Assembly (NCBI GenBank): GCA_964187785.1
Contig: OZ076416.1
Location: 18,662,001 to 18,726,000 of the forward strand
DNA from: Amphiscolops sp. MND2022
Lineage: Eukaryota
Length of the DNA: 64,000 nt
Direction of reading: 5' to 3'
Shown: positions 61,780 through 64,000 of the stretch, piece by piece
Numbering within the stretch: position 1 is the stretch's first letter
How the letters are laid out: each line of letters begins with the position of its first letter
Program-made: the position numbers and the translations under genes
Notes under the pieces: generated by a model
What the model saw: only the letters and a program-made list of their open reading frames with translations
Databases searched by the model: none
Told to the model about the DNA's origin: nothing

Positions 61780-63115
61780 TAGACGACGATAACATTGAGG
61801 TCGGATGCGTTATGGCTGTAGGCGACGATAATATTGCAGATTTCACTGTCGAAAACTACGCGGCCCTCGAGCTGAAACATCTGCAGAGGGAAGGTTGCTC
61901 TGTTCCGGGCACCACAGATATCGATTGTGATTCTACCTTGGAGTTCTTGGTGCACTAGGTTCTCATGTCATTTTGCACTAGCTCTACTGCAGGATTGATT
62001 GGATGGCATTTCGCCCCAGATTTTGAGAGATTCGATTGCCATGTATTGTGCCTTTGATAGAAAACCTCAAATTCAAGGAAAACGTAATCTCGAAAATTGA
62101 ATTCGAAAACGTTTTCAATTCAATAAACCGAACGATCATGCTTGAGAATTTTTAGAAACCCACCCTGAACTTTATAAGTACTCATAGAGTCAACCAAACG
62201 TCCTTTTCTTCGGTGCTTCTGTAATCAAATCATGCGGAAGGACCCAGCAAGGAGATCCGGAGTTTCCAGCTTCACTCTCGAATTCCAATCGGAATCTGAC
62301 AGTTTGCAGTCGAAAAAAATTATGGTACCTCGATATTGGAACTTAGAGTGATGATTACATAATAGTTTTGAAAGATCTCAAAAAAAACGTTGAAGCTGAA
62401 AAAATTGGACTACAATTTAAACTCACGAAATATGACTTTTTCTATGGTGACATCAATGAAAAACGACAATTGAATATTTAGGCATTTCTCAAAAAACTTG
62501 CCCCGGGATCAAAACACTGACAAAAAATGAACCTATCATTCTTTTTTCAACTCTCGACCTGGAATCGCAGGCAGACTTTTTGAAAAAGAAAACGTTTGAG
62601 CTGGAAAAAGTAAATGGAATTGTTGAAATTTTGGATGCGCATTATGTTTTTTATGTTGAAAAATTGCTTCAGTCTGCTAAAGTTGTAGTACTTTTAATGA
62701 ACCTGTGTATGATTAAATTATCCATCTCTCTTGGAAAAGTATGACAAAACCATGAACTGTGTACCGTGAACATTGACAAAAATTCAAGTGCTCAGGTTCA
62801 GCTTGCTAAAATGGATGATCTCTGGGTTTCATTCGCATCATTATTAGCACTTCCCGCTATTTTGGCCCCAACTTTTGGTGCGAGTGACTCTCTCACGACA
62901 ATTTTCTCGGAAAGGGGATGTTTCGTACACAAAAGGGCTTGCGAAATGGCTGAGTTTGTCCAAAGGACAAGAAAGTGCTCTTGATGGAACCCAGAAAAAT
63001 AGTAACCTGCCTGTTTCTGTCAAAACCACCCACGATTTATTTTCTAGAATGGATGAGAAACGTTCAAAAGTTTTCAATGCTCATCAAGACAAAATCGGGT
63101 CTCAGTGGACAGGTT
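61780..63115 (+). pseudogene. Degenerate CRE-like (restriction-like-endonuclease group) non-LTR retrotransposon RT
   Basis: Broken-frame motifs in order: ELKHL (LKHP), KIEFENVFNSINR (DF.NAFNS..R), TQQGDP, LWYLD, IGLQFKLTK, LKNCFSL.KL, SLLALPAILA..FGASD, HQDKIGSQW. This is the CRE-type pattern. Confidence 0.7.
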
Positions 63116-64000
63116 TTTGTCCACTTGGTCAAAGGGCCCAAAGGTGGGCACACTCAGATTAAGGACAATGATATCAGAGACCAAGTGGCCAAACTGAGGG
63201 ACGAGCTGACTATCGAACCGCGTTTTCAACAGTTGCAAAGTGAACGCTTTGATAATACATCCAAAACTCTAGAAGATGAGGCCCGACGGTAATTAACCAC
63301 TTGGCTTGAAGTCATTTGATTCAAAGTCAATTGGCTTATTACATTTGGTCACGTAGCGTGTTTTTTAAGCCAAATGTCTCGAGAAAATGTCACTTGGCTT
63401 AAAGTTACCTGGCATAAGATGACAAGTTGAAAACGCTTGAGAGATTTTGCCGAAATCATGCTTATAACGTGCTCAGCAATTAACATATACCCCTAGTGCC
63501 CTAAATGCAGGTGCGAAGCGCAGCCGTTTTGTATCGCATCCACATTCGACGGTGATTTAAGTTTGTTTTTGTTCGCGAAACAAGTATGGAAAGTTGTTAC
63601 TTATGTCAATTATCACTTCTCTTGGTGTATTCATTGCAAGTTGATACCTCTGGTCATTTCCATCAACACAGGAATATTACAGTTGTCTGTCTGATTTAGT
63701 TAAAACATAAGTTTGTGAAATATCCGTATTTATGCGCAAACTACTCTTCATCTCCGTTCGTCGCTTTTTTCCGTAACGTCGTTCGAAAGGACTTTCTTTT
63801 AATTTTGTTTTGACCGTCGTCTTCATTACTTTTAAAGATCGGTTAGTTTTCACATCATATGCAAAGTCTGCTCAGTTCGATTGCATTAAATTGTACATGA
63901 CGATGGGAGCGAAGCGACTGAGCTATACAACAAAAACGCTAAACATTTTTTTTTCGTTTCATAAACTTTTCGTTCAGGAAATTCACTTCAGTTATTTGGT

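Overview
Repeat-dense, AT-rich animal genomic DNA with GT-AG introns and a 200-N scaffold gap at 51408-51607. No prokaryotic features, RNA genes or CRISPR arrays were found. Mobile elements: (1) a BEL/Pao gag-pol with two nonsense codons (87-4940); (2) a Gypsy RT fragment; (3) a degenerate I-group LINE with PHD plus triple-CCHC ORF1 and APE-RT ORF2; (4) two Tc3-like transposase relics sharing the same internal deletion; (5) two full-length Mag-like Ty3/Gypsy elements, 20681-29919 (+, TSD AGCCT) and 36630-42738 (-, TSD GGATA); (6) five ORF-bearing solo-LTR-like elements; (7) a MITE and a CRE-like non-LTR relic. A frame-consistent four-exon host gene on the minus strand (44932 to 35604) carries the second Gypsy element in an intron. 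Most unusual: a tandem triplication of U5-PBS-gag-protease inside one TSD-bounded element; an unexplained conserved insertion of about 270 aa between RNase H and integrase, plus a long conserved integrase tail, in both Mag-like elements; and TG...CA elements with a 5' TATA-in-loop hairpin, an ORF that exits the 3' end in the same codon phase, and no TSD at the three copies with clear ends. All calls come from reading the sequence by eye; no searches were run.
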